Notes: generated by a model from the letters alone, not told the origin. 60,122 nucleotides of DNA, filler included, from Catajapyx aquilonaris (GCA_000934665.2; 3 parts of 3 records of this genome joined end to end with filler, not necessarily neighbours in it); one strand, 5' to 3'. Positions 40,674-52,694 are shown, numbered from the whole stretch's first letter. Numbers and translations: made by a program.

Positions 40674-41392
40674 CAGGGTGATCCAACTCTATGGCACCAG
40701 TAGTTATTTGAAAAATCGCGCAAGCTGCTTGTTTATAAGCAGGTCGTTGCTAAGAGATGCTTTCTGGCTCTTTCTGGAGAATCGGGAATAGCACCTGCTG
40801 ATATTAGGTCCAATGGCCATGTAACAATGAGGGGAAAAAAGGGTCATCCGTGGGAAACAGGCCTGTTCTGGTGTTCGCTGGAGGGTTTCACATGAGGTCA
40901 CTATCTGCCAAACCAGAGGGCTAATCCGTCGGAACTGGACAGACCTGGGTGTGTCAATAAGTAGTCCTTTTGGTCTGGTCATTGTTGGCCGCAGTTGGCG
41001 CAACTGAGACAGGTCAACAGGCAGCGTTGTTTAGTTACCAATCTTAGCACCTGCTGATATTAGGTCCTATGCCCATGCATGTACCAATTAATGAGAGAAT
41101 GCCCAAAGCAGACGGTACTGTTAGAACCCTAGAAGCCCTTGGGCGGCCCTCAAACAGGCCCCCTGAGTCAGGCATGTCCTGGTCCTGACTCTACAAGAAC
41201 TATTTATTTACTGGTAACTAAACAACGCTGCCTGTTGATTGTTACATGGGCATTGGACCTAATATCAGCAGGTGCTATTCCCGATTCTCCAGCAAGTATC
41301 TCGTATTGATCTCTTAGCAACGACCTGCTTATAAACAAGCAGCTTGCTGATTTTTCCAATAACTGTTGGTGCCATAGAGTTGGATCACCCTG
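40674..41392. mobile_element. Intact copy M2 of the long-TIR mariner-type MITE, nested in P1
   Basis: TA-flanked CAGGGTGATCCAACTCTATGG termini; colinear with M1; carries a single (empty-site) CCTGGTCC near 41178. Confidence 0.85.
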
Positions 41393-41551
41393 TATAATAT
41401 AATACCTAGAGGAGGTACTCCCTATATCCTTTTCCATTAGACAGGCTGAGGCAGCCGCCATCTTGTTGGAGGTCATATTGTTGTTCTAACAGTTGTCTAG
41501 CAACTGGGACAACAACCAATAATGACAACTGGGACAACAACCAATAATGAC

Positions 41552-41837
41552 CAAAAAGTTCTGCTATATTATATATACACCTAGAGGAGGTACTCGGGCT
41601 GAAATGTCGGGCTGAAATGCGAGGCAGGCAACAATGCAGGCAACAATATGACCTCCAACAAGATGGCGGACTCCTGACATTATTGAACTAATTGTCGTCC
41701 CAGTTGTCATTATTGGTTGTTGTCCCAGTTGCTAGACAACTGTTAGAACAACAATATGACCTCCAACAAGATGGCGGCTGCCTCAGCCTGTCTAATGGAA
41801 AAAGATAGGGAGTACCTCCTCTAGGTAGAACTCTTTG
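41552..41837. mobile_element. Second copy P2 of the 8-bp-TSD element, inverted inside P1
   Basis: CAAAAAGTTCT...AGAACTCTTTG; TSD ATAATGAC at 41544-41551 and 41838-41845; internal sequence is the reverse complement of the P1 body. Confidence 0.8.
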
Positions 41838-42585
41838 ATAATGACAACTGGGCGACAATTAGTTCAATAATGTCAGGCGTCCGCCATCTTGTTGGAGGTC
41901 ATATTGTTGCCTGAATTGTTGCCTGCCTCACATTTCAGGCCGAGTACCTCCTCTAGGTGTATATATAATATAGCAGAACTCTTTGCCTGGTCCTGACTCT
42001 ACAAGAACTATTTATTTACTGGTAACTAAACAACGCTGCCTGTTGACCTGTTTTCCCTCATTAATTGTTACATGGGCATTGGACCTAATATCAGCAGGTG
42101 CTATTCCCGATTCTCCAGAAAGAGCCAGAAACCATCTCTTAGCAACGACCTGCTTATAAACAAGCAGCTTGCGCGATTTTTCCAATAACTACTGGTGCCA
42201 CAGAGTTGGATCACCCTGTATTAACCCTTACTATCACTTATTCCCACGTGGCCACGTCACTAGAAACATCGATCATGTCATCGATGCCTTTCTCCTCAGT
42301 GGTAATAGACAGTTAATTACTATTACAATTCCAAATTCCATGCCATGTAAATTAGTATTACAAAGATGTGAGAATAATAAAACATGAGTTAGCCTACCTC
42401 TTATAGGTGTGGTAGGCCTACTAAAACTCTGCAAATTAACAAATTCTTGTAGCAGGGGAATGTCAGGAACCTAATGGTATGGTTGGTAAATGTACGTATT
42501 TGAAGAGCTTCATTTTTCTCACTTTTGAGCACTTTTTTTTTTTTCGCAAACCACCACAAGTCAATTTATCATGTTCTCATTGCAG

Positions 42586-42708
42586 ATGCTGGAGCCCTTC
42601 ATCCTGCTTTACCAGCTTCTCTACTGTGACCATTGCAATGGTGCATTTGCCACGAAGAAGGACCTGGAGAGTCACATGTTGAAGAAGCACATCTATCCTG
42701 AGCTTCAG
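42586..42708 (+). CDS. Orphan C2H2 zinc-finger exon, paralog of 52695-52817
   Basis: TTGCAG acceptor and GTAATG donor; MLEPFILLYQLLYCDHCNGAFATKKDLESHMLKKHIYPELQ. Partner exons not found. Confidence 0.65.
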
Positions 42709-42745
42709 GTAATGTACAGTACAGTAATGATTAGAGTTTACTATA

Positions 42746-43454
42746 CAGGGTGGTTGTAAAGTAACTGCCTATTGGAAATGTGTAATAAAATTGTCAAATA
42801 TTGCTCGATTTTCATGAAACAAGTTTTATTCTGTACCTTACAATGGGAGAATTTTAACTCCCACCAGTATGCAACTCCACGGCCCCAGGTGGCAGCAGCA
42901 GTCCCGATACCAGTAAAAATGGCGCATAAACTTAGTGCTCGTGAGAGAGCTCAGCTGGCGTTCCGTTTTGAAGTCGGGGGTCGGTGGTTAAAGTGCAGAG
43001 ATGGTGGCGATCCATACACAGACCTCGTGCCACAGTTCACCCCAGGACCATAAAGCCACTACGGGCGAACCATCGCGGTGCCACGTATTCCTCTGTCCTC
43101 GATGTCGACGGACGATCACTCCTATGGCTGTCCATCACGGATCCCGTGCTCATCAGCTTCGAATGGCAGTTCTTTACGGTCCTCGGGTGAACTGTGGCAC
43201 AAGGTCCGTGTATGTATCGCCACCATCTCTGCACTTTAACCACCGACCCCCGACTTCAAAACGGGACGCCAGCTGCGCCATTTTTACTGGTATCGGGACT
43301 GCTGCTGCCACCTGGGGCCGTGGAGTTGCATACTGGCGGGAGTTTAAATTCTCCCATTGTAAGGTACAGAATAAAACTTGTTTCATGAAAATCGAGCAAT
43401 ATTTGACAATTTTATTACACATTTCCAATAGGCAGTTACTTCACAACCACCCTG
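42746..43454. mobile_element. Foldback Tc1/mariner MITE whose arms carry degenerate transposase N-terminal HTH coding sequence
   Basis: TA|CAGGGTGGTTGT..ACAACCACCCTG|TA with ~270-300-bp near-perfect arms. Translations MAHKLSARERAQLAFRFEV and VVKVQRWWR..TVKNCHSKLMSTGSVMDSHRSDRPSTSRTEEYV. Confidence 0.85.
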
Positions 43455-43989
43455 TATATGTTAGTGTCCTTGCCAAGGCGGGCAGACAAAGCCATTCATC
43501 AGATGTGCTCCTTTTGTGGTTGGATGCGAACCTACCAGTTCCGATTTCCAAGTGGCTTGTTGCTGGCACATTGCCATGCCATTGCTGCTGTTGGGCTATG
43601 AATATATCCCAATCAATTTGTCAAACCTTCGGGATATTTAATACTAAGTTACGTAATAAATATCGAGTTAGCTGGGTAACTGTAGGATGCGGAGACATAA
43701 TTATGCCATAATTATCGCTTAGGACCTCTTCACCATCCTCCAAAGTGATGGGACTTAAACATTTCTGCACCCTGTATTTATTAGATGGGTCATATCTACA
43801 AATTATGCTCTTCACCTGCAAATGGAGATATTATCTCCCCATGTAAGCACTCCTAAGCATACATCTAATTGTCAAAATGGGTTGAGATACAGGGTGATTA
43901 TCTCGCCAGGAATCCAAAACATTTCTCAGATACTTTTAAATAATATATCTATAATATTAAAATGCTCGCTTGCGTTGTTTGTATAAGCC

Positions 43990-44284
43990 CTCTGATTGGT
44001 CCGCCCCCGTATTGTTGCCGCCACCTGTTCCTATTGGCCCCCGTCCATTGTTGCTGCGTCGTATCCATGACGCACTGTTACCACGACGCCTCCGATTGGC
44101 TCCCGTTCCGAGCATGCGCAATGGGGGTGAAACACGTCCAGTTGCCTGCTGACCTCCTTGGGAGAAGGTCGCTTTTTTTCGTCTCTCCCGCTCCCGTCGT
44201 CGTCACCACTGCCGGACCTTTACCCCTTACCCACCCACTCTGACTGCCCCCCCTTCGCCGCGAGTCGCTGCTGGTTATTGAAAA
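43990..44284 (+). promoter_or_regulatory. CpG-rich promoter/5' UTR of the zinc-finger gene
   Basis: Reverse CCAAT boxes (ATTGG at 43995, 44033, 44095), GC box CCGCCC at 44001, GCATGCGCA at ~44112; directly upstream of ATG 44285 and a GTAAGT donor at 44311. Confidence 0.6.
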
Positions 44285-44634
44285 ATGGCCGTATGCACTG
44301 ACGGAGAAATGTAAGTTCGAAATTCTAACCTTAGCATTAGGCCTACTGATCGGACTGCTTTGGATGTGCGCGCGTAGGCCTACTCATGGGCGGTGCTTTC
44401 ACAGATGGGAAGTACAGTGCACTGTCTTCGGGGCACTTCTTTCGGTCCGTCGAATGCGTAGAATCGAACGTAAGAAGGCGGGTTGCAAATATCACGCGTT
44501 CGAATTATTAGCCTGGAACGTACTATATTGTTGGTCTTCCATAGTGATGGTGCCAACTGGCAGGTTGTTTATTTATACTGTCAGTGAAGGTCATTGAGTT
44601 GGCACAACTGGCAACCAACAATAGAATCCAATTA

Positions 44635-45046
44635 CACTGTACTCCCGATTATCAGGGTGCGGATAATACGTGCATCGCCATAACATAAACATTTACGTCC
44701 GAAAAAATGTCTCGATTTTTTGTCCCATTGCTAGATATAGTGCATATTGATAACTCAACAGTGGTACGGAAATTCCACCCAATATCAATATCAATATGTC
44801 TCACCAACGAAAAAAATATATACAGTATATCATACTTTCTCTAGAGGGCAAAGTAAAAATCTATGGTAAGTTTTATTTTTTGGATTTTAACCAAGCAGCA
44901 CGCTCTTTGTACAGTAGTACATCCGAGTACATCAACAACCTGTGAATAGCTCCCTTTCCAGGATCATTCTCCGATTGTCCGAGTTTCCCAATTATCTGGC
45001 AACACCCGTGCAGTCATTAGCTTGGATAATAATCGGGAGTACAGTG
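44635..45046. mobile_element. TA-flanked MITE in the first intron of the zinc-finger gene
   Basis: TA|CACTGTACTCCCGATTAT ... ATAATCGGGAGTACAGTG|TA. Confidence 0.75.
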
Positions 45047-45258
45047 TACCTATGTGTACAGACTGTATAGGGTCGCCCAGCTGTATTGTTGTATAAACAC
45101 TGGGTAAGCTCTGTTCGCCACCTTGAATCACAGCCATCATTGGAACCACAGATGGGAACTGTATTTTCAAATTGCGCATATAGCTATAGTAGATGTAATA
45201 TGGCAGTGTTTGGAATAAGTAAATGTTCTGCCTGTGATTCTGATTTATTATTTTCAAG

Positions 45259-47107
45259 GAGGATTGGAAACTGCAGTTAGAATCAGCTCAGAATGATGAT
45301 GAAAACAGGGTGGCGAATGAACCTGTGATGGGAAAGGATAATGAGGACTTCCCATCAGAAGTAGATGAAAGTTTGGCTGAAACTACAAACAACAAGGTAA
45401 GGTTTGTTGAAATTTTATTGCCAGACGCTGACATTGTTCCTTTGAAAATGGCTGGATAATGTCAATGTGTTACCATGTAGCATGCAAAAAATGAAATTAT
45501 TTTAAACATTAGCTCAATAGCTGGATTGTATAAACTGTTCCAGCAGTCATTTCTTTTTGCTTGGTGGAATTTGATGACTGTGTGCCAGAAAATATTGCCA
45601 TTTCTGTCGCCTTTCGTTCTTGTATGATTTCTCACCTGGGGAATCCTATGCAAAAAGACAAGGAGGTAAAAAAAAAAAGCATCCCTTTTTGCTTAGGTGG
45701 AACTGTGCTCTGGACCAAGACAATCAAAACTGAAGGCTCAGCAGAAGCTGTTGCAAATGAGGGAGAATCAACCTGGAAGTGGCAGTGACTCTGACCTTGA
45801 AGATAGCAGTGTAGACGAAGGGATATCTGACCTTGACAGTGAGTCTTCTGAGTATGAGGTAACTATGATATGGAATGTGCATCTGATCTACTCTAGATCC
45901 AAGACGAAATGCAGCCATTTAATATCACACTATCTTTTTGAGAATTACACAATATCTTGACTTGGAGAAATATTTCCTAGTTATTGTATAAATGTATAAT
46001 TTTCATAGGGAACCATACATACAATGTATGGTTCCCTATTTCCCCTATTTCTCCTATTTCCTATTCCCTATTTCTATTCCCTATTCCCTATTTCAAATAC
46101 ACAGTCTGTATTCACTGTCCATATGTCACCAATTATTTCAGGGAAAGTGTGTTGAAGAGAAAATGAAGAATGGAATCCAGCAAGACATATTATCCAAAGG
46201 GAGACTCTTGGGAGAGAATGGTTGTCAGATTTGTAAGAGGGCATTTAGTTCCCAGAAGAGTTTGAGGATTCACATGACGAGAATCCATTCTGGGAAAAAG
46301 CCATTCAGCTGCCAAGTTTGCAACAGAAAGTTTAGGCGAGCTTATGGTGTGACACTCCACATGGAAACCCAGCACACAGGAGTGAAGCCATTTAGCTGTG
46401 AATTGTGCAAGAAAAAGTTTAGTGATCACCCTACTTTAAAACAACACACGATGATTCATTCAGGAGCGAGACCATTCAGTTGCCAAGTTTGTAATAGAAA
46501 GTTTAGAATCTCAAGTCATTTGAAATCACACATGCGTAATCACACAGGAGAAAAGCCATTCAGTTGCCTAATTTGCAAGAAAAAGTTTAGTCAGTCAGGA
46601 AGTATGACCCTGCATATGAGATATCACACGGGAAAGCCATTCAGTTGCTCAATTTGCAATAGAGAGTATGGTCAGTTTGAACATTTGAATACACACATGA
46701 GAACCCACACGGGAGAAAAGCCATTCGGTTGCACTATTTGCAAGAAAAGGTTTACTCGATCAGGAGACTTGAATATGCATATGAGAACCCACACGGGAGA
46801 AAAGCCATTCAGTTGCACAATTTGTAAGAAAAAGTTTAGCCGAACAGGCGATTTGAATGTGCATATGAGGGGGGTTCACACGGGAGAGGAAAAGCCATTC
46901 AGTTGCCTAATTTGCAACAGAAAGTACAGTTACTCGTCATCTCTGTTGGAGCATATGAGAAAACACACGGGAGAAGCGCTTTTTAGTTGTCATGTTTGTA
47001 ATAAAAGATTTATTTGTCCGAAAGACTTACGGAAGCACACGAGAATTCACACAAACGAGAAGACACCCAGATTTGCAGGAAAAGATGCAGTCACTCAGGA
47101 AATTTGA
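45259..47107 (+). CDS. Multi-C2H2 zinc-finger protein (acidic N-terminus, 10 tandem fingers); exons 45259-45396, 45697-45858, 46142-47107; start codon uncertain
   Basis: Ten CxxC-x12-H-x3/4-H units with TGEKPF-type linkers in the last exon. Two upstream phase-0 acidic exons have canonical AG/GT sites. A likely first exon ends at 44310. Confidence 0.85.
46142..47107 (+). CDS. Terminal exon encoding the 10-finger C2H2 array
   Basis: TTATTTCAG acceptor in frame with ORF 45992-47107; e.g. CTICKKRFTRSGDLNMHMRTHTGEKPFS. Confidence 0.95.
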   Translation, partial: GKCVEEKMKNGIQQDILSKGRLLGENGCQICKRAFSSQKSLRIHMTRIHSGKKPFSCQVCNRKFRRAYGVTLHMETQHTGVKPFSCELCKKKFSDHPTLKQHTMIHSGARPFSCQVCNRKFRISSHLKSHMRNHTGEKPFSCLICKKKFSQSGSMTLHMRYHTGKPFSCSICNREYGQFEHLNTHMRTHTGEKPFGCTICKKRFTRSGDLNMHMRTHTGEKPFSCTICKKKFSRTGDLNVHMRGVHTGEEKPFSCLICNRKYSYSSSLLEHMRKHTGEALFSCHVCNKRFICPKDLRKHTRIHTNEKTPRFAGKDAVTQEI

Positions 47108-49117
47108 AACAACATGTTTGAAAACTACAAACGAGAAAAGAATTCCATTCCTACAGGCCCTATACATTGCAGTAAAATATACGGTACAGGTTCCCAAAGA
47201 CTACTCAAGTTACCTACACATAATACCATGCTAGACATTTTTTATGGGTTTTGGGATGAGGAGGAAGGAAGAAGTCAAAGTAGGCTACAGTATATGTTAG
47301 ACATGCATAGAATCCCAAATAGGAGAACCAGAGGTGGGAACTGAGTCTGCTGGGTCCTCCCATTGATTTTGCTGGCCACCTCCCTGACTGCCAAAAATTT
47401 ACTGCCAATAATAATTACAGTGCAGCCAAATTTATTTTCAGACAAAATCTATAACAGACAATTTCCCTGAGAGCCAAAACAGTTACTTACTGTACCAGCT
47501 GATGCAACCCTGGTGAATGTGGAATGGCATAGTCTTCACCATTGTGCTTGTCACATAGCCTATGACTATGACATTAATGTTCTCATAATTATATGTAGGC
47601 CAAATGAAAGCTCCATCAACAAATTAACACAATCAATTTTCTGAAGCAAAAAATGCGATTGTACATCACTGGAAATGACTAGCACATTCATTGTTAATTA
47701 ACAATTCACTTAATATGAAAAGAAAATGGGCTTACATTGTTCAGGTATAGGCCAATTACATATTATTAATTACACGTTTTTATGTTTTTGAGCGATATAG
47801 TACCTCATCAGAGTGGTTACCTGTTGCTAGTGTTGTAATGTTAATCGACATCAATTCTGGTCCCAAAAATGTTGTTATTGAGATTGTATAATTAGAGCTC
47901 AGGGTGGGCGCATTGTTCGATGCAATACGATCAAAAGATAGGTGCGTATTTGAAACTAAGGAGTAAATTGTGACTCTGCATGTATGAATGTTAATGTTAC
48001 TTTAAGAAAAAATAGGGGATTTTTTTCCCTCAGCGACTTTAGTTGATGGCACTTTTTTTTTCCATTTTTACAATTTCAGTTGATTTTCTCACACAGAGTT
48101 CGCCTGCCAATACCAAGACCGACAGGCAGAGTCCGACAACCAGCATTCCCAGAATGGGCCAGACATTGTGGAGTGTCAAAACCACAGTCTCCTCCGAAAC
48201 CTTACCGTCATTCTCTATGGCAATCTTCCTTTTCCGGTGATATTTAGTGTGTCAAGAACTGAAAGTAATGATCAACACTTCAGGGGGATCACATTATTGA
48301 TGCCTCCCTCTCTGTATGCGTGACACCCCTAGGGCCTGAACCCAATGTTTTTTCAGGCAAGACACGACGCGAGAGCGTCTGCCCGGCTTATCTCTGAAAT
48401 CATTTTCTGGACATATGGTCCCGAAAACTTGTTGGCGATGTCACGCTCTGTGACCTAAAGAAAAATATGAACGAATTTTTTCATTATATATTTGCTATGT
48501 GCTTCGTATTTCGCAAGTTGCAATCTTATTTCTTTGCACGTTATCTGGTTTTCAGATGCTATTTTAAGTCCAGAATAATTAGCTGGGACATGAAATTGCC
48601 CCGCCAATATCGATATTATTTCAGCTGCAAAAGAAATCGATACATCGTGCCACCTGTATATAATTTTTATTACCTCTCACAGATAATGAGTGCTTATTAT
48701 TTGTTAAAATTTTTGACACTAACATAACAGTATTTTTACATGTTAATGAATGAATAATCAATGTGTTTTATATTCCGCCAGTGGCGCCATCGCCTCCCTC
48801 TTTAGCGGAGGGAAGGGGAACTACTTGTCTTTCAGTCTGATCTCTGATGGTTGGAAACCGGTTGGTGCTTGGTTGTCCTCATCGGGTGTTGGTTGTTCGA
48901 ACTTCGAAGGATTGTTTGTTCCTTTGTTTGGTCGGACTTGGCTCGTTCCACGGTACGGCTCGCTACCAGGTGACCCAGGTTTAGGTCTGGACCAGGGCCA
49001 GCTCGTTTCTGAGGTGCGTGGTCTCCATTCGGATTGGGGGTTGGAATGATTGGAATCACACTTGACTTTGGTTTCGCTTTTTCAGGGCGGTGCACAGTTG
49101 GGGGAACAGGACAAGCC

Positions 49118-49645
49118 ATGGACATGCTGAAGCTGGGAAGATACCCTTGCCCTCATTGCCCCAACAAGTTCTTCAAGAGGAGGCTTGATCTCCTGGCTCA
49201 CAATACCACACACTCAAAGTGGGACAGGGTCAAAGTGGAGGTCAAGGAGGAGCCAGAGGAGGTGCGGGTCACCAAGGAGGAGGGGGAGGTAGGAAGACGT
49301 GCCCAGGGGGTCAGGCCGAAGCAGATCCCCAGGCCAGCTATGGACATGCTGAAATTGGGGAGATACCCCTGCCCCCACTGTCCCAACAAGATCTTCAGGA
49401 GGAGGCTTGATCTCCTGGCTCACAACACCACCCATTCAAGGTGGGACAGGGTCAAAGTGGAGGTCAAGGAGGAGTCAGAGGAGGAGGGCCAAGGAGGTCA
49501 GGCTGCCATGGAGGTCAGGAGGGTCAAGGAGGAGCCAGGAGGGGAGGAGGAGGGCAGAGGGAGTCATCAGGCAGGCACTGCACCTCCAGCCAAGGAGGAG
49601 GAGGAGGAAGACGATGGAAGAGGAGATGCATGCAGGCCTGATCAG
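49118..49645 (+). CDS. Second zinc-finger gene, exon with two atypical C2H2 repeats and an acidic tract
   Basis: GCCATGG start context; acceptor at 49085; two MDMLKLGRYPCPHCPNK.F.RRLDLLAHNTTHS.WDRVKVEVKEE repeats; CAG|GTGAGA donor at 49646, phase 0. Confidence 0.7.
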
Positions 49646-51298
49646 GTGAGAAGAATCGAGTGTGCATGGGTTGCATGATGGGGTAAGAACTTGGGTGCCA
49701 GAAGTGATCCAAAATGCCAGCAGTTGTAACCAACTTTAAAGGATCTGCTCAAGGATCGACTTTGTTGAGTCCAAGTTGTACTGTATTACACTGAAAAATG
49801 GGAAAGTCTATCGTTTATCCGCACCTAGCGACACGTTGGGGTTCGAGTGACGGGGTGTGCTCGAAACATGTTGGCTACGTGGCGCAAACACTCGGTTGCC
49901 AGGAGAGCACAACAAAGGGCGTCTTCTTACCCCTGCCATGCGAACTGATCAGATGAGTGCTGGGACCACGGTCATAATGAAGGAGGTTGCAAATTTGAAT
50001 GCCATTAGGGTTACTGCAGTTCGTTAACCCAAAGAACTACATGATGTAACACCAGCTGTGTTTTCTGAGCATGTGCAGTAGTATGTCTGCAGAGTGAGTC
50101 GTGTACTACATGATTGGAGATGACCCCCGTGGATGACCTGGTGGAAGTAGGTGGTTCGTGACGTCATGTCATTCTTTCATTCAATGGACAGTGTGGAGGT
50201 AAACTGCGTGCTTCGCACTGCCACAATAACGTTGGTTGGCCTGCAGTGCACAATGAGGACCGCATTGTAGGCACATACAAACCGACAATAAGCGCCCAGC
50301 TCCACTATCACTCCGAAAAAACTAAAAGTTTCACACACGGGGGACGTACTGTGCCTGGCAGGGCCACAGAAATGGACAGTACTCTTGCGGTATCAAAAAG
50401 CCATGCATCACCAACACAAAGGCTATTCCATCCTATAATCACCTCAAAATCATCCGAAGATACTTCCTAACTGATTCAGCGAATGTGCGGTACACTTGAC
50501 ATAAGCCCTTCATGCCTCCTTGGTACACTGAGAAAAATTTCCAGGTGTTCATTTCACTGGTTGGTCATGAACACACTCCGAGCTAATTGAACACACTCCA
50601 TCAAGACGTGCGACCCACCAAGAAAGGCTACTGTGGTTTGCCAAGACATAGCAACCACGATAGCAACGATAGCAACCACGATAGCAACCATTAAGGCATG
50701 CGAATTTGGCAGCAGTATCAAGGCACCCGATTGTTTGCGACTCACCGTTGCCAACCGTCAGGAGGCCCCCGCCCGCCCAACCTTGACTGCTTTGTTAAGG
50801 TGCGGATAAATTCTAGGACTCCGGTTATGAGCAGTAATGTGCCTGGTAAAATTAGGACCAATGTATGTTCCATTTGTTAAGTATCATTAGTACCTTATAT
50901 TACTGGACAATTATTATGTAAATCCCATTCCTGGTATACTACATAATATTACAGTTATTTTGTATGTGCACTGCATCATTTCCACAGTGTGTGTTTAATT
51001 TGGTTCGTCAATAATGTTCACTTATGTCTACTTATGCACCAAGAGTGGAGAGGAAAATTCTGGAGTTTGACAAATGTGTAATCTATGAAGGATGTTGCAG
51101 CCTTAAGATCTATCATGTTATGATGTCCTGAAAAGGTGTTTTGAGTTGGCATCATCTTTGCCATTTCGTTGTAACTGATGATCGTTTGTTGTTGGCTGGT
51201 TATTGGAGGGAGATAGGTGCATGGATTGGGGCCTGGTCTCCATATGTATTGGAGGTTGGAATGATATAATCACACTGGACTTTATTTTCCTTTTCCAG

Positions 51299-51816
51299 GG
51301 CGGAGCACAGCATTTGGGGGAACAGGAAAGAGCAGAGTTCCACATCCCAGCGGCCATAGACATGCTGAAGTTGGGAAGATTTCCCTGCCCCCACTGCCCC
51401 AACAAGGTCTTCAAGAGGAGGCTTGACCTCCTTGCACACAACACCACCCATTCGAAGTGGGACAGGGTCAAGGTGAAGCCAAAGGAAGAACAGGAGGTGA
51501 AGGACACAGTCAGGTTCGAGGAGGAAGGAAGAGGAGGTGAGGATGCCCTGGAGGTCAGAAGGGTCAAGGAGGAGCCAAGGGAGGAGGAGGGCAACTCTGG
51601 CCAGGAAGGTGACCTCAGTGGGGCAGCAGAGGAGGAGGAGGAGGAGGAGGAGGAGGAGGAGGAGGCGGCGGCGTGGCTAGNGACCTCAGTGGGGCAACAA
51701 AGGAGGAGGGGGAGGGGGGCAGAGGGGGGCATCAGGCATCAGGCACTGCTCCTCCAGCCAGGGAGGAGGAGGAGGAAGACGATGGAAGAGGAGATGATGC
51801 AGGCAGGCCTGATCAG
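51299..51816 (+). CDS. Duplicated exon of the second zinc-finger gene (one C2H2 repeat); frame break coincides with the N at 51681
   Basis: TTTTCCAG acceptor, homologous flanking intron, same CAG|GTGAGA donor. From 51682 it reads DLSGATKEE...EDDGRGDDAGRPDQ, matching the first copy. Confidence 0.65.
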
Positions 51817-51841
51817 GTGAGAAGAATCGAGTGTGCATAGT

Positions 51842-51985
51842 AATTCAATAATTTACCCCGTGATAGAGCCATTGGCTCCCTTAGGGGGGGGAGTTCATCC
51901 CAATTTTTTTGTCAGGGTTTTGGGAAGGGATAGGGATGGAAGGAAGCGGCTGTGGCCTGTTAATTACAGAAACAACTCCGGAGAA
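51842..51985 (-). mobile_element. 5'-truncated SINE, family of 34958-35241
   Basis: Shared GGGATAGGGA.GGAAGGAAGCGGCTGTGGCCT.TTAATTAC; 13-bp TSD GAGTGTGCATAGT at 51829-51841 and 51986-51998; absent from the homologous intron after 49645. Confidence 0.8.
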
Positions 51986-52479
51986 GAGTGTGCATAGTGG
52001 TCTAAGAACGTGTCTGCAAAAGGTGATCCAAAATGCGAACAGCTTTCACCAACTTTTAACCAACAATTGTTACGAGGGCTAGTCGAAAAATAAGTTGCAC
52101 GATGCTACAGTTTCAATGCCATGCGATGGACAGGGTCAAGATGAGCATGAGCAGATACATTGGTAAAATTGGTCTGCAATGGAAAATCCTACTCTCTTGC
52201 AAGACAAAAAGCCGTTTATCTCAAAATGAAATGTTGGGATATGCCGTTTTTCCTCTGAGGGCCTCAATTGTTACTGCGAGGAAAGTATTCAGTGATTAAT
52301 GATTTACTGATTCAGTGACAAACAGCCGAATTCTCCTTGTTGACCTATGTTTCATGCAGTGGTGTGTCTGGTTGACTTGTTGATTGACCTTCACTTACAA
52401 TAGCTTCAATTAGACAGAGTTAATTATGGCTTGTGATGCAAACAGAGAGGTGTTTGGTACATTGGTTGGTACGTAGTTA

Positions 52480-52640
52480 CAGTTGAATCCGGATATAATT
52501 TGGACTTCAAGGGACCGCAGAAATCAGTAGGTTATAACCAAGGTCTGTTATAGCCGAATTCAAAAGCCAAATATGAAAGTTTGCCAAGACCGGCCTTTCA
52601 AGTCTGTTATAGCCCAGTGTGCTATATCCAGATTCAACTG
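52480..52640. mobile_element. pogo/Tigger-like MITE
   Basis: TA|CAGTTGAATCCGGATATA ... TATATCCAGATTCAACTG|TA. Confidence 0.75.
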
Positions 52641-52694
52641 TAATTTATTGTTAATTAGAATCTCTAAAGTCATTTTCTTGTGTTCTCATTATAG

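Larger units (their letters stand above)
40654..41985. mobile_element. Non-autonomous DNA element with 8-bp TSD (P- or hAT-like), outer copy P1
   Basis: TIR CAAAGAGTTCTGCTAT / ATAGCAGAACTCTTTG; TSD CCTGGTCC at 40646-40653 and 41986-41993; inner inverted repeat CCTAGAGGAGGTACTC. Confidence 0.8.
40136..42218. mobile_element. Long-TIR Tc1/mariner-type MITE, outer copy M1, interrupted at 40654-41985
   Basis: TA|CAGGGTGATCCAACTCTGTGGCACC ... GGTGCCACAGAGTTGGATCACCCTG|TA; TIRs longer than 100 bp. Confidence 0.85.

Noticed and set aside
43001..43711. 236-aa ORF
   Set aside because: Runs through the MITE arm antisense to the transposase remnant; no coherent protein.
51681..51681. Frameshift suggesting a pseudogene
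   Set aside because: The break falls exactly on an N next to a GAG repeat and both sides keep the homologous frame, so it is probably an assembly artefact.
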